A stretch of 64,000 bases of DNA from Botryllus schlosseri (taxonomy: Eukaryota). The position numbers and the translations under genes are program-made. Within the stretch, counting starts at the first letter, position 1; the number at the start of each line of letters is the position of its first letter. The notes under the pieces were generated by a model. It did not search any database. It saw only the letters and a program-made list of their open reading frames with translations, and was not told the origin of the DNA. Below are positions 1 through 12,654 of this stretch, piece by piece. Location of the stretch: NCBI GenBank assembly GCA_051294905.1, contig CM119371.1, positions 26,166,001 to 26,230,000 on the forward strand, written 5' to 3'.

Positions 1-282
1 GTCATCACAAATCGGTGTTCCCAAACATACCATGCATCGTGCGCGGAGGCGATTGAAATATCTGATGCTGTAGAATTTTTGGGTCAACTATTTGAAATGA
101 TGTATTGGTAATGCATATTTGAAACGTGCATTGCATTTCACAAGCCAAATGTAACTCAATCTGAGAGATTTACGATACAGATTGTCGTATCAATTAAAAG
201 AGATATCCGGTTGAAAACACTTGAATGTCATGCTCATACCATAAATGTTGTCGTATTCATGGGAAACACTGCTGTGTTGCTC

Positions 283-1464
283 GACATATGAGCATGCGAC
301 ACAATGGAAAACGACAGTTCAGCATGGAACACATCAGCATGCGTCACTTAAGCATGTGACTTCATAACCCAAAAAACTTGGCACTTCTTCGATAGTAGGT
401 AGACATCGAAAAGTGTTCACCATGATCACCAATGAATGTTTCTCATGAATACGAATAAAAATTTATAAACGTCAAAATATATTGTTTTTGCGTTTGGGGA
501 GGGTTAGGGTCAAAGTTGGGTTTAGGGTATCCCAAGATTAGGGTTGGAGTATTAGGGTGGGAGGGGGATATTAGGGTTTGGGGAGGGGGGATATTAGGGT
601 TGTGGGAGGGGGGATATTATGGGTTGGGGTTAGGGGGATATTAGGGTTGCGGGAGGGAGATATTAGGGTTGTGGGAGGGGATATTAGGGTTGCGGGAGGG
701 GGATATTAGGGTTGCGGGAGGGGGGATATTAGGGTTGGGGTTAGGGGATATTAGGGTTGCGGGAGGGGGATATTAGGGTTGGAGTTAGGTGGATATTAGG
801 GTTGGAGGTGGGTTAGGTTCAACGTTGGGATTAGATTACCCCTACCCGGGGTTTAACCCACCTCCAATCTCCCTTTCACCCAACCCTAATATCCCCTCTC
901 CCACAGCCCTAATATAGCCTAACCCCAACATCCCCCTCCCACAACCCTAATATCCCCCTCCCGCAACCCTAATATCCCCCCTCCCGCAACCCTAATATCC
1001 CCCCTCCTGCAACCCTAATATCCCCTCTCCCGCAACCCTAATATCCCCCTTCCTAATCTCGGGATACCTAACCTCAACTTTGACCCTAACCCACCTCCAA
1101 TCCCCCTTTCCTCAAACCTTAATATCCCTCTTTCCCCAATCCTAATACCCCCCGACCCGACCCTAATATCCGTCTCTCCAAAGACACAAAAAACAACAAT
1201 TCAATTTGACGTTTATAAATTTTTATTCGTGTTCATGAGAAACATTCATTGGTGATCATGGTGAACACTTTTCGATGTCTACCTACTATCGAAGAAGTGC
1301 CAAAAACTTACCCTAACCCGAAGCATAGCCTAACCTAACCTAACCTAAAGCCTAACCCAACCATAAATCCAACCCTAACCTACCCCTAACCCATAATTTA
1401 ACCCACATGCTCATGTGTCGCATGCCAAAGTCTCGCATGCTGCAATGTCGCATGCTCATATGTC
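283..1464. mobile_element. Non-autonomous DNA element with a 19-bp inverted repeat and CCTAAC-rich interior; host of the foldback at 380-1301
   Basis: GACATATGAGCATGCGACA (283-301) is inverted at 1446-1464. GCATG motifs repeat subterminally, and CCTAAC repeats lie at 1310-1400. True termini and TSD not resolved. Confidence 0.5.
380..1301. mobile_element. Foldback MITE (Merlin-like termini) with telomere-like internal repeats
   Basis: ~97-bp near-perfect TIRs start GGCACTTCTTCGATAG (380-478 / 1205-1301). Perfect 8-bp TSD AAAAACTT (372-379, 1302-1309). Interior is ~23-bp GGGGGATATTAGGGTTGCGGGA units, then their reverse complement. Confidence 0.85.
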
Positions 1465-2967
1465 CACGGACCATCCATTCGCAACTGCAGCGCCTGCATA
1501 AGTCGGCTATTTTTGAAATCTTTCAACTGTAATTATTGTCGCATCAAGCTTGCAGCCTCAGACCGGTGTCAGGAAGTTCATCTCATGTTAGTTGGGTAAC
1601 GTCGCATTGTGACTTGAATTAGAAAGAAACATTGAGCTGCTTCATTTATGGTCTTTTCATATAATAATATTTTCACTGTTAAAAATTTCAGTAGTCAGGC
1701 TGGGTAGAATGCTGAGTTTTTCAAGTACTGTAATCACATTCCTCTCTCCGCTAATCGCCATATTACCGTACCACTGCCATACACCAGTGTTGGAAGTGAA
1801 GCAAATATCTATTGTAAGCCTAATTTCTCTTCTTAAAATGGAAAAACTTCCTTATCATTTATCTATGTTATTATGCGGCTATTACCATTTGGAAATTAGG
1901 TTGGTGTTTTCATGCTGCCAAGATAATGCAAATAAATTCAGTGAGTCATACAAATTACTCGCGTGATGCTGCGTGACTGCCTGTTTCTTAGCGCGACAGC
2001 AGAACTGGATACCGTAATTCTAGCCGAATTAGAGCAAAATATAGGTAGCCTATTCTAATTGGAATCTCATTTGTGAAATGTTTCTATGCTGACATTTTAA
2101 TTCTGATTTCCGCTCGTCTTAAAACTGCCACTGGAGAACTGTATAGTGCAGAACAAGCCAAGCTTGGTGTACAGACATTTGCCAATATCATGCTTTTGAG
2201 AAGGAACTATGACTCGATATGAACTGAGCATGATTTTTGTTGTTGTCGCGTTTGCATGCGGATTCAGTAATTCTAATTTCGTTTGGAAAAAATGTGTAGC
2301 TATATTTCTAATTTAAGTCTAATTTGAAAATGCTCAGAATTTTCTAGTTGTGCATCTATGTGCCGCAGAACGATGTTAATGATCTGTTTCAAGCACAGTT
2401 GTTCTTAAACCGAGTGTAGCGCCCCGTTAGGGGTCATGATTGATTGTAAGGGTGCTGCGAAACCGTCTCGCAATGCATTCTTGAGGTAGGAATCAATCGT
2501 GTTGACCTTTGCCATCAAAGTGTTAAATACCTGCTATAATGATTACGTTAAATTACCACAACTACCATATACACCAGTCGTTCATACGCGTGAGTGTCTG
2601 AATACCCTGTGAATACCGCTGGTCCTTGGCAACTTTCCTGCCGGCCTGCCAAATAGCCTGTATTAAAATTGAATATCTCAGTTTAACATAGTGCGAATCT
2701 TGACTCTTCTGCAATAATTAAAGAAATGAAACGACCAATTTTCTATTGCTTCAGGAATCTGGAACGTATCAGCACCGTGTTGTATAATTGAGTCCATGGT
2801 CCACCTATGACTTAGACTTAGCATGGGAATAGCAAACAGCAAAATCGAATTTCACTTAAAAATCAATCAAAATCTAATAAGGTTAATTTAACATGATTTA
2901 GCACTTGGCTTTGCAAAAACTTCTTTCGGTTCATTAAACTGGATTTAGCACTTGGCTTTGCAAAAAC

Positions 2968-3375
2968 CCCATGACATCAACAAATGTTTACCATGAACAC
3001 GATAAATTTATAAACGTCGAAATAATTTTTTTTTGCCTTTGGAGATATATTAGGTTTGGAGGTGGTTGGCCTATTAGGGTTGGAGGAGAGGAAGATATTA
3101 ATGTTAGAAAATGGGGGACATTAGGGTTTGGGGAGGGTTTGTTGATGGGTTAGGGTCAAAGTTTGGGTTAGGGTATCCCAATCTTATGGTTGGGGAGTGC
3201 GGATATTAGGGTTGGATATCGCGTCCCTCACCCCAACCCTAATATCCGTCTCTAAAGCAAAAAAAAACATTTTATTTTGACGTTTATAAATTATATCATG
3301 TTCATGGGAAACATTTGCTGGTGTCATGGAGAACTTTGTTTCGATCTGCGGCGTCGCCGAAACTTCAATTGCACC
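2968..3375. mobile_element. Second, diverged and left-truncated copy of the TTAGGG-rich foldback family
   Basis: CCATGACATCAACAAATGTTTACCATGAACACGATAAATTTATAAACGTC is inverted at ~3277-3330. Interior has ATATTAGGGTT / AACCCTAATAT units, homologous to 380-1301. Confidence 0.7.
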
Positions 3376-4123
3376 CTATAGCCTATTAACACGGCTAATA
3401 TCGAACTGGTAGCATAACACGAAGTTTCCGATATTTGCATTTGACTGGCATGCATTTGTCATAATGACATTTTGGCCTAATTTGTCTGTTCGCCGGTCTG
3501 CAATATTTGTTTTGAAGTTTTACCTGCTCGAAGGGTAAAAAAGGGTGGAGTGGAAAAAGAAAATATTGAATTTTAGAAAACGCTATGGATATTTGGTCCC
3601 AAATCTCAAATGAATTACCATACTTCTATCATGATTTCTGGTTCCTGCACTCTCTAGTGGCCGTTCAGTTTCACCGAACAAGCCAGAAATGGTAATTTTG
3701 CCATATCTTGATAACCTCTTATGCTAGAAAGCTAGTTTTGGGATTGAAAGCTGCGGAAGCAGCATGTTCCTATCTCACTCCCATAGCACTTTGCCTTAAA
3801 AATGTGTAGAAATAAAGTTGCAAGCAAATTGTTGGTTGGTTTTACCAAGTTTGCAATGCTAATTTGCATATAACAATATGCCACATTGCTGCTTTAACAA
3901 CAAAATCTTGCTTGGCGGATCAGTTGATTTTTATATCAACTGAGCATACTTTTGATTAGGCCTAGTAGAAAGCATCATTGAACTTTCATCATGTTACTTA
4001 TTACATCATCCAATAATATCAATAAGCTTTAGGAATGTTGCATCATCACGAATCTTTGTCATGATCCTGGTGGAGGAGAGGGTATATTTCTGTTCAACTC
4101 TACAACAAATGATAGGCCTAGAT

Positions 4124-5066
4124 CAGGGGTGGGCAGACCTGCTGCATGCACGAGCCGCACATCAAAAATTTAAGTTTAAAAAGAGCCACCACACCAAAAT
4201 ACGAATTTAGTACGTCACAATGAAATGTAGGCTTTCGAATGAGCTTTGTTATTGTGTGGTGACTGGTGATACGCTGGGTCTGAGACTGACGTGGCATCAA
4301 AGTCGTGCGGAGCAGTCGCTTTAGGTGCTGCTGAGTATTTTAGGATGATTTCAGCTCGGTGAATCTGTCTTAGTTGGGTAACTAGTGGAAAAGTTTTACT
4401 GTATGGTTTTGAAATGATGTTTCAAGTTAGTAGCTCTTTAATTATTGAGCGAATCTTCCTCATGTTCTGTTTTAGAAGTTACATTTTCCTGCTCATACTT
4501 TCTTTACTTGGAATTATTTCTTAACAACATTTTTTGTTGGTTATACTTTGTAGTTATTGCTAGTCTTTACAAAACAAATGGAAGAGTTATATTCACCAAT
4601 GTTAGCCCTCCAATAATTGTGACCTGCGCTGCTGTCATTATTTATCAAGTTCATTATTGTTGAACACGATGATTTATCATTGATTGAAGACCAATTGACC
4701 ATGCACCATTGTTGCTGGTGAAACGTTTATGTGAACTCAATTCGAGAGTTCTGTTGCAAAGTTCCAACCCTGTGGTGCACAATCTGCACAGTGCACGCTC
4801 CCCCAGATTTTACAAGTCAACCATGTTAACCAAGCCAACAATGTCAACCAAGCCAACAATGTCAACCAAGCCAACAATATGTCAACCAAGCCAACAATGT
4901 CAACCATAAAGAAATAAACAATAGGCATATTGTTAACATGTGATAGAACGCATCAGTTTATAATCAGTTTAAACTTCTTTAGCAAAATGGCGAAACACTT
5001 GTGCATTGTGCAACCATTAAAGAGCCACATTCAAAGGCTCAAAGTGCCGCAGTTTGCCCACCCCTG
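4124..5066. mobile_element. hAT (Charlie-type) MITE
   Basis: TIR CAGGGGTGGGCA...TGCCCACCCCTG. Degenerate TSD GCCTAGAT/GCCTTCAT. Confidence 0.7.
4816..4906. repeat. 18-bp minisatellite (GTCAACCAAGCCAACAAT, ~4 copies) inside the MITE
   Basis: Tandem repeats directly visible. They explain the repetitive TKPTMS ORF. Confidence 0.85.
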
Positions 5067-6988
5067 GCCTTCATTGTTTAAAAAGTGAATCAGTTGCAGT
5101 AAATCAGGTATATATACCTTCATGTTGTGTTGAAAATGATGATTTACATATTACTTAAGACGTTGTTAAACACTGTTTTATTTATGATGCGTATTGCACA
5201 CGCTGTAGTACTAATGTTTGGAATATTATGGAACTCTGATAGTCAACCTCAAGTCTCCCAGTAGGATTGATTGATGATTACGACTCATTTTGAAAGCGTT
5301 ATGGATTCTGGTGTATCTTCGAGTTGATCATATAATACTCTGCTATCTTGGTTCTAAAACTTACTCCTTGCTCTGCAGTACCATAGACCTCTATCTGTAT
5401 GAACAAGTCACTGCAATATACTCTGCTATGTGTGTGCATTAAACTGATATTTTCTAGTAGAGGTAGCCTACAGTTCAGAATTTCATCATGATCGACTTAT
5501 AGCCGCAAGTAATTGACATATGTTAACGAGAAATAGATACAAGTCTGTTGTCGCTTGCTTGTAGTTTTTTGCAAGTCTGTTGTTGTGACACGTCTTGCAA
5601 ATTGCTACTCTTACTTGTAATTGAGCGGAAAGAAATTTCAGGCATTTCAGGATTCATTTTTTTTTTAATATGGAAATGCCGCGACTTACCTTCAGTCAAT
5701 TCATGCACTAACTCGACTTCTACTCCAGTCATTGTGCATGACTCTACCATTGATATGACTCGAGATATATATCCGGCCAGAAGATGTATTTTATCTGTTT
5801 GAATAATCCTGTTAAAACAGTTGAGGACTTGAGTACCAGCGATGACTAGAAGTAACAATGGAAATTGATGACTTTTGAGTACAAGTAGAAGTAGGGATCC
5901 CGAAGTAAGTACTAAAGTACTCTAACAAACTGAAAACAGTGAAGTAGAAGTGGTCTAAATTCATAACCACTCAACTTAGCACTGCAAATGGACATAAACC
6001 AACTTGAGTATTTGACTAAGAGGTTTGTTTCATGTGCAAACATAGTAATGGCTGTAAAGATTATAAATGTATTTATGTATGTATGGAAAGACGCCTTGAG
6101 CTAGATGCCATATATTTTGAATATCCGCTCAATATATCGGAATTTTCAAACAAGTTATCTGTTTCGTTGTTATCGGCTCAAAAATTCGACACCATTCGGG
6201 CTCGGGCTATCTCCCTGTCTGAAAGTGAAAATGGTGTGAACAATTTTAGGAAGCTGCCATTATCCTCAGAAAGCCATTTTATTCAGACTGAGCTACAACA
6301 TCCTTCTGAGTGGTACTTTCCATTCTAGCTTATCGCTGTGGTGTCAAAGTCACGCATCATAACTTCTTAACCCTTTGTGACCGTACGCCAAATTGCAGTA
6401 ACTTGACCACCGTGCTTCGTTAGACACCTTTTTTCATAATATCGGCTGCCAACAAATCATTTAGCTGCAGTTTAAATACAGTGGCTTTCTGAGATAAACG
6501 TAACACTTCAAAAAAAATTTTCACACTGTAAATGGTGAGTGACCCCCCCCCCCCCATCATTAGATAGAGAGCAATGCCGTCTTAATAAAAATGAGCTCTG
6601 ATTTGATTTGAACCGAACTTAATTCAATTTCCAAGTTTTCAGTAAGTCTAATCTACTTTGAAAACAAAACTGTGTAGCTCTAATTCTAATTCTAGTCTAA
6701 TTTGCATAAAAACTGTGTAGGTCCATAATTATATCACGATTCACGCCAAATGGTAGCACGTGTTTCCCAGTTGTCCTTACTAAATCATGTTCTTTATGGT
6801 TAACTAGAACTACAACTACCGTAATTTTCCATGTATAATGCGCAAAATTTTACCGATTTTTTGCCCTAAAATAGGGGGGGGGGTGCGTATTATACATGGG
6901 TACAGGAAGCCTTGAAAAAAAATCCCTCGATCAAAAACTTGAAATCACACCTTTCTTCATGTTTGTTTAAATCGCGCATCACCTATAG

Positions 6989-7807
6989 CAGGGGTCGCGG
7001 GCCACTTTTCAAATTTCGTAGCGGCCGCAGGCCGCATGAATTCAAAATCGATACAAAGTAGGCAACCACGTTATAGAACTCTTCGTCAGTACAACGCTGT
7101 GCTACCTAACATGGACGATGGGTGTGGTATAGTGACCACAGAAGAAGTAATATTTTATTATTAAAGGAATACAAATACCACGAAGGATCACTGTCACCAA
7201 TTTCATGTTATTTTGAGCTCTGAGCTGTGCACGATACCTGGACACGCTTTTTGGGGCTAGCGAGATACGGTACTAGCGGAAAGACCATCTCCACGTAAAG
7301 CTTGATCTCGTGGTGAAGCCCTAAGCTAGTGTTTTTCAAACCTTTTTAGACATGCCCCCTTTATGATACTGAAAAATCACCCCCCCCCCCCTTATCGTCA
7401 TATCACAAAATGCATCCATAATGCTAACAATCCCAACGGATATTTTGATGGCATGGAAGGTTATGAATGTTGATGAGACAATTCTATAATATGAATTCCT
7501 GATTATACACAGAGCAACGTCTATAACTATGAACTGTAGGTAAATCACGCGGAGCGCGAAAAAATTTTCAGTTGGCCACAGCTCCGCGTTCTTCAGATGC
7601 TTTTACGCTCCCACAATGGGGGAGCGCACCCCAGTTTCTGAACCATTTCCCTAAGCCGTTTTCTAAGCGTCTCGGTCTTGCCAGTGTTTGAGCCATTGCG
7701 CGTCAATTTCAGCATTTCAAAATGTTTTCTTAGCTTTTTTCCGAAATCTCAAATCACGTCGGGGGCCGCAAAATATGACCTCGCGGGCCGCGTGTTGGTG
7801 ACCCCTG
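6989..7807. mobile_element. hAT MITE nested in 6819-8967
   Basis: CAGGGGTC...GACCCCTG termini. Perfect TSD ACCTATAG (6981-6988, 7808-7815). Confidence 0.85.
7327..7648 (-). mobile_element. ~300-bp hAT MITE (CAGTGGTTCTCAAAC family), nested in 6989-7807
   Basis: TSD CCCTAAGC (7319-7326, 7649-7656). Reverse-complement homology to 12795-13086, 36667-36933, 41356-41700 and 63580-63863. Confidence 0.75.
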
Positions 7808-8411
7808 ACCTATAGCCATTGGGCCCCGTAATACGTAATATAGAGTGTAACGTGCTGCCAAGTAGAGAAGTTAATTAACGAAAAGCGTGTTTCTAATTAA
7901 TGAGAGTCGTCTGCAAAGCACGCGATCTCTTGCTGAGTTGGTTTGCAGTTTGTACGCGAGCGAAATCAGGTCGCTGATTGCTACAAGCGTGCGCGGCAAT
8001 TCTTGTTGATTCGTCGCTTCAACGACAGGCCTTAACAATCGCATACACAAGAGGCCATGTGCGCAAAATATAATCGCTTGCATAATCAGTCGCATCTCTA
8101 ACAGGATTGGTACGCCCGGCATAACCGTTGGCCTGAGCAAACGCATCTGTAATTGTAATAGGCCTCGATGTGGTGTGTCGCTAGCCTGCACTATCGCGTC
8201 GCCGACCTCGCAGGCTTTGGCTACTATCTACTCTCGTTTAGAGACAATGCCGTTGATTGTATTATGATTATGTCATGATTGTTCGACAATGACATCGCAA
8301 AACAGAACAACATCGAATACTAAACCGCAACTATTCATATACTCATGTACTGTACTGCGAATGCAGGGTGCGTACTATACATCGGTACAGGCTTTTCCCC
8401 ATAATATACAC

Positions 8412-8903
8412 TAGGGATGGTGTGAACGTGAGGTTCACGTTCGCGTTCTGTGTGTGAACCTCGGAAATTCAGAGGTTCGCGTTCACAACAGAACCGTTAA
8501 GGCCAAGACCGTTAAGGCGTTTCTGATATTCCCTGGTAAGTCCTCGTCGAAGTTGTTGGCAAAGCGACAGATAATATTGATTTTATGGAAGTATTATATC
8601 ATTTGATTGCCTCAGTTGATACATTCAGCGACGTTTAAAACGCCAATATGTACGACGTAAGTCCGCATTGTGGGATTATGTGGCCCGAGTCGTCGCTAGG
8701 TATCGTGTACGTACATGTACATTGTACAGTACATGTACAATTGTACATTGATATAGGCAATCACTTCATTGAAAGATAGGGTTAGAATTAGCAATATGAC
8801 GTCACGTGACGTCATGAGGTTCACGTTCGTGTTCACACAGAACCTTTCAAAAAGGTTCGCGTTCACACGAACCTGAACCTTTCAGAGGTTCGCACCATCC
8901 CTA
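8412..8903. mobile_element. hAT MITE (TAGGGATGGTG termini, GAACC/GGTTC subterminal repeats)
   Basis: TIR TAGGGATGGTG...CACCATCCCTA. Perfect TSD ATATACAC. Confidence 0.9.
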
Positions 8904-9711
8904 ATATACACGTCATTTTAAGGGTGCGTATTATACATGGGGGCGCACTATATTCAAAAAATTACGGTACTCACTTTTTTCAAAATTCACAACTAGAACT
9001 AGAACTACTAAAATTACTAGTATGTCGACCGTCAATTTCATCAGACAGTGTAGGTGCACTTTTACCACTTAAGCTCCATATATTTTTAAGTTGATGGACG
9101 ATTTTTGCTGTAATTTGAGAAGTCCTCTTATTTCTTGATAGTGTTGCTATCTTGTGAAAGTTTTAACTGTTCAAAATTTGATATTCATATAATACAGAGG
9201 TACGCAATCTTTTTGCTATTCACAACCGCATTTCGATTATGTATGAAGCCAACCGCCGCATTCCAGGGCATAAGCAATAATGAACTAACTTGGCGCCAAA
9301 TACCCATGTTAAACTGCCATGTCCATTTCCGGTGAACTCCGGACTAATGTACTTTCTCATACCGGCTTACTACACGCACCGCAATCGCGAGCGGCCATGT
9401 TTTGGATAGTTACTGGTCTAACTAACGGCCGCGCGAAGCGCAAACATTTTTTCAAATTCACGAATGAATTTTGTCATTATTAGTAAATTCTCATATTACA
9501 ATCAAATATTCATCGTTTATCAGCTCATGTGATAGGATTCACTGGTGGAGTTGATGGAGGCAGTGTCTTCGGTAATTTAGGGCAAGTTATAAATGATGAT
9601 GCATCTTAGGATGGACCAATTGTTATTGGTGACATTGCTACAAGCTGCTATTTGTTCCCCCCCCCCCCATCAGGATTGTCGGTAGGCCATAGTGCAGTGG
9701 TTTGGAACCCA

Positions 9712-10524
9712 CAATGCTCCCTCTAAGCTGAGCACGTGCGCTAGGGCTGTTCAAAAATAACTTTTTTTCCTGAATCTTGCTGGTTACTTGATTAAATCGT
9801 TAGGTTGCCTTAAAAAACGACGCATACCAAATTTGAATTCATTCCGACAAATATTCGCGGGTTACGTAGAGCTTGAAAATTTTGGATTTGCCCGAAAACG
9901 CAAAAAAAAAATTTTCTCAAATTTTTTTGCCAACCCCATGAAATTGTTGGGCTGTCTTCAAAAAGTATGCAAAACAAATTTGACTCAATTCCAAGCTGTA
10001 GAACCGGAGTTATTCCAGTTTTTCGGTGATAATTCTTGGATTATCCACCAATCAAGGATTATCCCAGAATTATCGAATAAAAGCTGAAATAACTCCGGTT
10101 CTACAGCTTGGAATTGAGTCAAATTTGTTTTGCATAGTTTTTGAAGACAGCCCAACAATTTCATGGGGTTGGCAAAAAAATTTGAGAAAATTTTTTTTTT
10201 GCGTTTTTGGGCAAATCCAAAATTTTCAAACTCTACGTAACCCGCGAATATTTGTCGGAATGAATTCAAATTTGGTATGCGTCGTTTTTTAAGGCAACCT
10301 AACGATTTAATCAAGTAACCAGCAAGATTCAGGAAAAAAAGTTATTTTTGAACAGCCCTAACGTGCGCACTGCTGACACGGTCTCTGCGCACAGAAAATC
10401 TAAGTAGCGCACAACAAATCCGAAGTAATGACCTTTTTTTTAGTCGTTACGCACTGTTGTCCAAGAGTCTGCGCAGTGAGTTGGTGAGTGTTCGCAGTCT
10501 CGTCAAAGATTAAAGGGAACATTG
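9712..10524 (+). mobile_element. ~200-bp MITE (CAATGTTCCCTCTAAG family) split by the 9742 palindrome
   Basis: Homologous to 30298-30494. TIR CAATGCTCCCTCTAA...TTAAAGGGAACATTG. Confidence 0.8.
9742..10360. mobile_element. 619-bp near-perfect palindromic hAT-type MITE
   Basis: TAGGGCTGTTCAAAAATAAC arms of ~280 bp with only a few mismatches. Perfect TSD ACGTGCGC (9734-9741, 10361-10368). Confidence 0.95.
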
Positions 10525-10938
10525 CTCGCGAGCCATATATGGCTCTTTTGGGTATAAGATATGGCTCTGTCAAATTTTTAATTTTGTACTTAATTTAGCT
10601 ATATTGCAGCAAATTGTTAGTAAATTTTCATGGTGGCGAGAATAATTATTCTCATGGCAGCACAAACATTTCTTTGATAGGTCAAGACAGTGGGGTTTGT
10701 ATGCCGGGTTAGGGGCTCGCACCGCCCTCTTTCAAAATCTCATAATTTAAGTTGATGTCGCACGGGCGACTAATACCACTCGCTAATTCGGTCCACCAAC
10801 CACCACGCGCCTAGCAAGCTTGGATTGCACGATACCTTCATTGACGAAAGAGAATAGCGGACATGGCGACACTGCTACAATGCAGTTCTCAAATACACAA
10901 TGTCTTCCTGATCTACACGGAGAAATGAAAGGCCTTAA

Positions 10939-12386
10939 CCGAATGGCAACGGCTACAATTTTAGAAAAATTTTACTTCAATTTTCAAAATCGAAAAACTG
11001 TGCTTTAATGGGATTGGAGCCCGGTAAACAAGGTAGCGTTCGATTCAGAATTTCAACGCGGATCCGATTGCGCCACTCAAATCATTTCGAGCTCTGTGTC
11101 TGGCCACTTATATCAAGAGCAAGCCGTGAAAACGTTGGTTGGAAACAGAAATGCTAAATTGCGGACCTTATGAACCTTAGTATAGGTATTCGACGACCAT
11201 ACAGTCTGGTGTATTGTATAGGCTCAGAATTCATCGTTCTAGAGAGCCCTGAGTCGACGGTCTACGTCAAGCAGGCGCGAATTTCTAATCAAAACAATGC
11301 CGACCGTTTTAGTCAGCTCGCGGCAGACCGCAGACAGAGTGAGTCATGGCGCGTGATTCGCGCGCGCGTATGGTAACTTCGAAGGCTTATAACTCTAACT
11401 GTTGTGACCCTATATTAGTCATTTTAGTGTTCGTAGACGGATATTTACAGTCCATAATGATACCATAATACCATAATTATTTACTGCAAATGCTTATCAT
11501 TACTACAACGTAAGATATATATCGATGTACGACAGCTCTTTGTATACCCAGACGCACGCTTTTGCGTAGGTATAATCGCTGAGTAATATTGTATGTATTC
11601 CGAATTATACTTTACTATTAGCCGTTATTTAGAATCATATAGACAACAACAATTCACAGACACAATCTATGAAGGTGTATGCCTATTAGAACACGATATA
11701 TTTCACGTTATGTGACGGGTATTCAGCCATGTGCTTGAGGCGGGTACGGTAGTCTGACGGAATTCGCTTCCCGGTTTTCAAATGAAACCTTGAGCGGTAT
11801 AGAACTAACTAGTATAGTTGCTTTAGCACAATATAAACAGAAACTGACAATCGCTATTCATAGCAACAAACTACAGCTGGTTATGACGAATAAAACCAAC
11901 TAAACGACAGTGTATATGGCGGGTATGAGGAACGCGCGTGTCTGCGAAATGATGCTTCGACGGATATTTTTGTCACGCGGCCTATCACATAGCCTTTGAT
12001 CAGCTTAGATGTAGCTAATATCAGATATGAAGATATGTGTGGACTTGTATGGACACTAGCTATTGACATAATGAAACAACTATGCCCGAAGGCGGCTAGA
12101 ACGAAACATACAGAACGTTATCTGAGAGTGGTCAATGACGCGCGAATTGCCGACACAGTGCATTTTGCAACATAATTATCTACGGTGTTTGATATACGAT
12201 TTTGACGTCTTCGATATAATAAATATCAAATAACAAGGTATCAATGAACTTGTACGAACAATATCTATTCACAGAAATGAACAACAACGACCTAGCACGA
12301 TTAATATGTAATATATCGTGGTTTCAATTACGGCACCCTTCTCTCGTACCGGCATGTCGAAAAATAGACACGCCGGTGCGAAACGG
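10939..12386. mobile_element. Putative piggyBac-type non-autonomous element
   Basis: TTAA on both sides (10935-10938, 12387-12390). Imperfect TIR CCGAATGGCAACGGC / CCGTTTCGCACCGGC. It interrupts the 9695 element. Confidence 0.55.
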
Positions 12387-12654
12387 TTAAAAGTGACATT
12401 CACAATTACAAATTCAAATTAAAAACAACGCTATACCTACGTATCATTTTTCTTGTTGGTTGTTACAGCTGAGTGTGTAACACAACGTCACGTTACACCG
12501 AATATTTTAGGAGTCCATTAATACTTAGATTTTCAGAATCAGTGCGACAATTGCATTAGATTACTATCAGTGATTATAAATTCTAAGCTATTTACAATGA
12601 GCTGCGTTGTCACAGGTGAGGCTTGGCCCGTCTGTGCCTCATCTGAGTCTTACC

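Larger units (their letters stand above)
6819..8967. mobile_element. Tc1/mariner-type MITE carrying three nested hAT MITEs
   Basis: TA|CCGTAATTTT...AAAATTACGG|TA. The subterminal motif GGGTGCGTATTATACATGGG occurs near both ends. Confidence 0.8.

Noticed and set aside
500..1170. Telomere or telomere-fusion site
   Set aside because: TTAGGG occurs within 23-bp units bounded by TIRs and an 8-bp TSD, and a sister copy exists at 2968-3375. It is a transposon interior.
9788..10314. Two near-identical ~100-aa ORFs on opposite strands
   Set aside because: Artefact of the palindromic MITE. No protein features.
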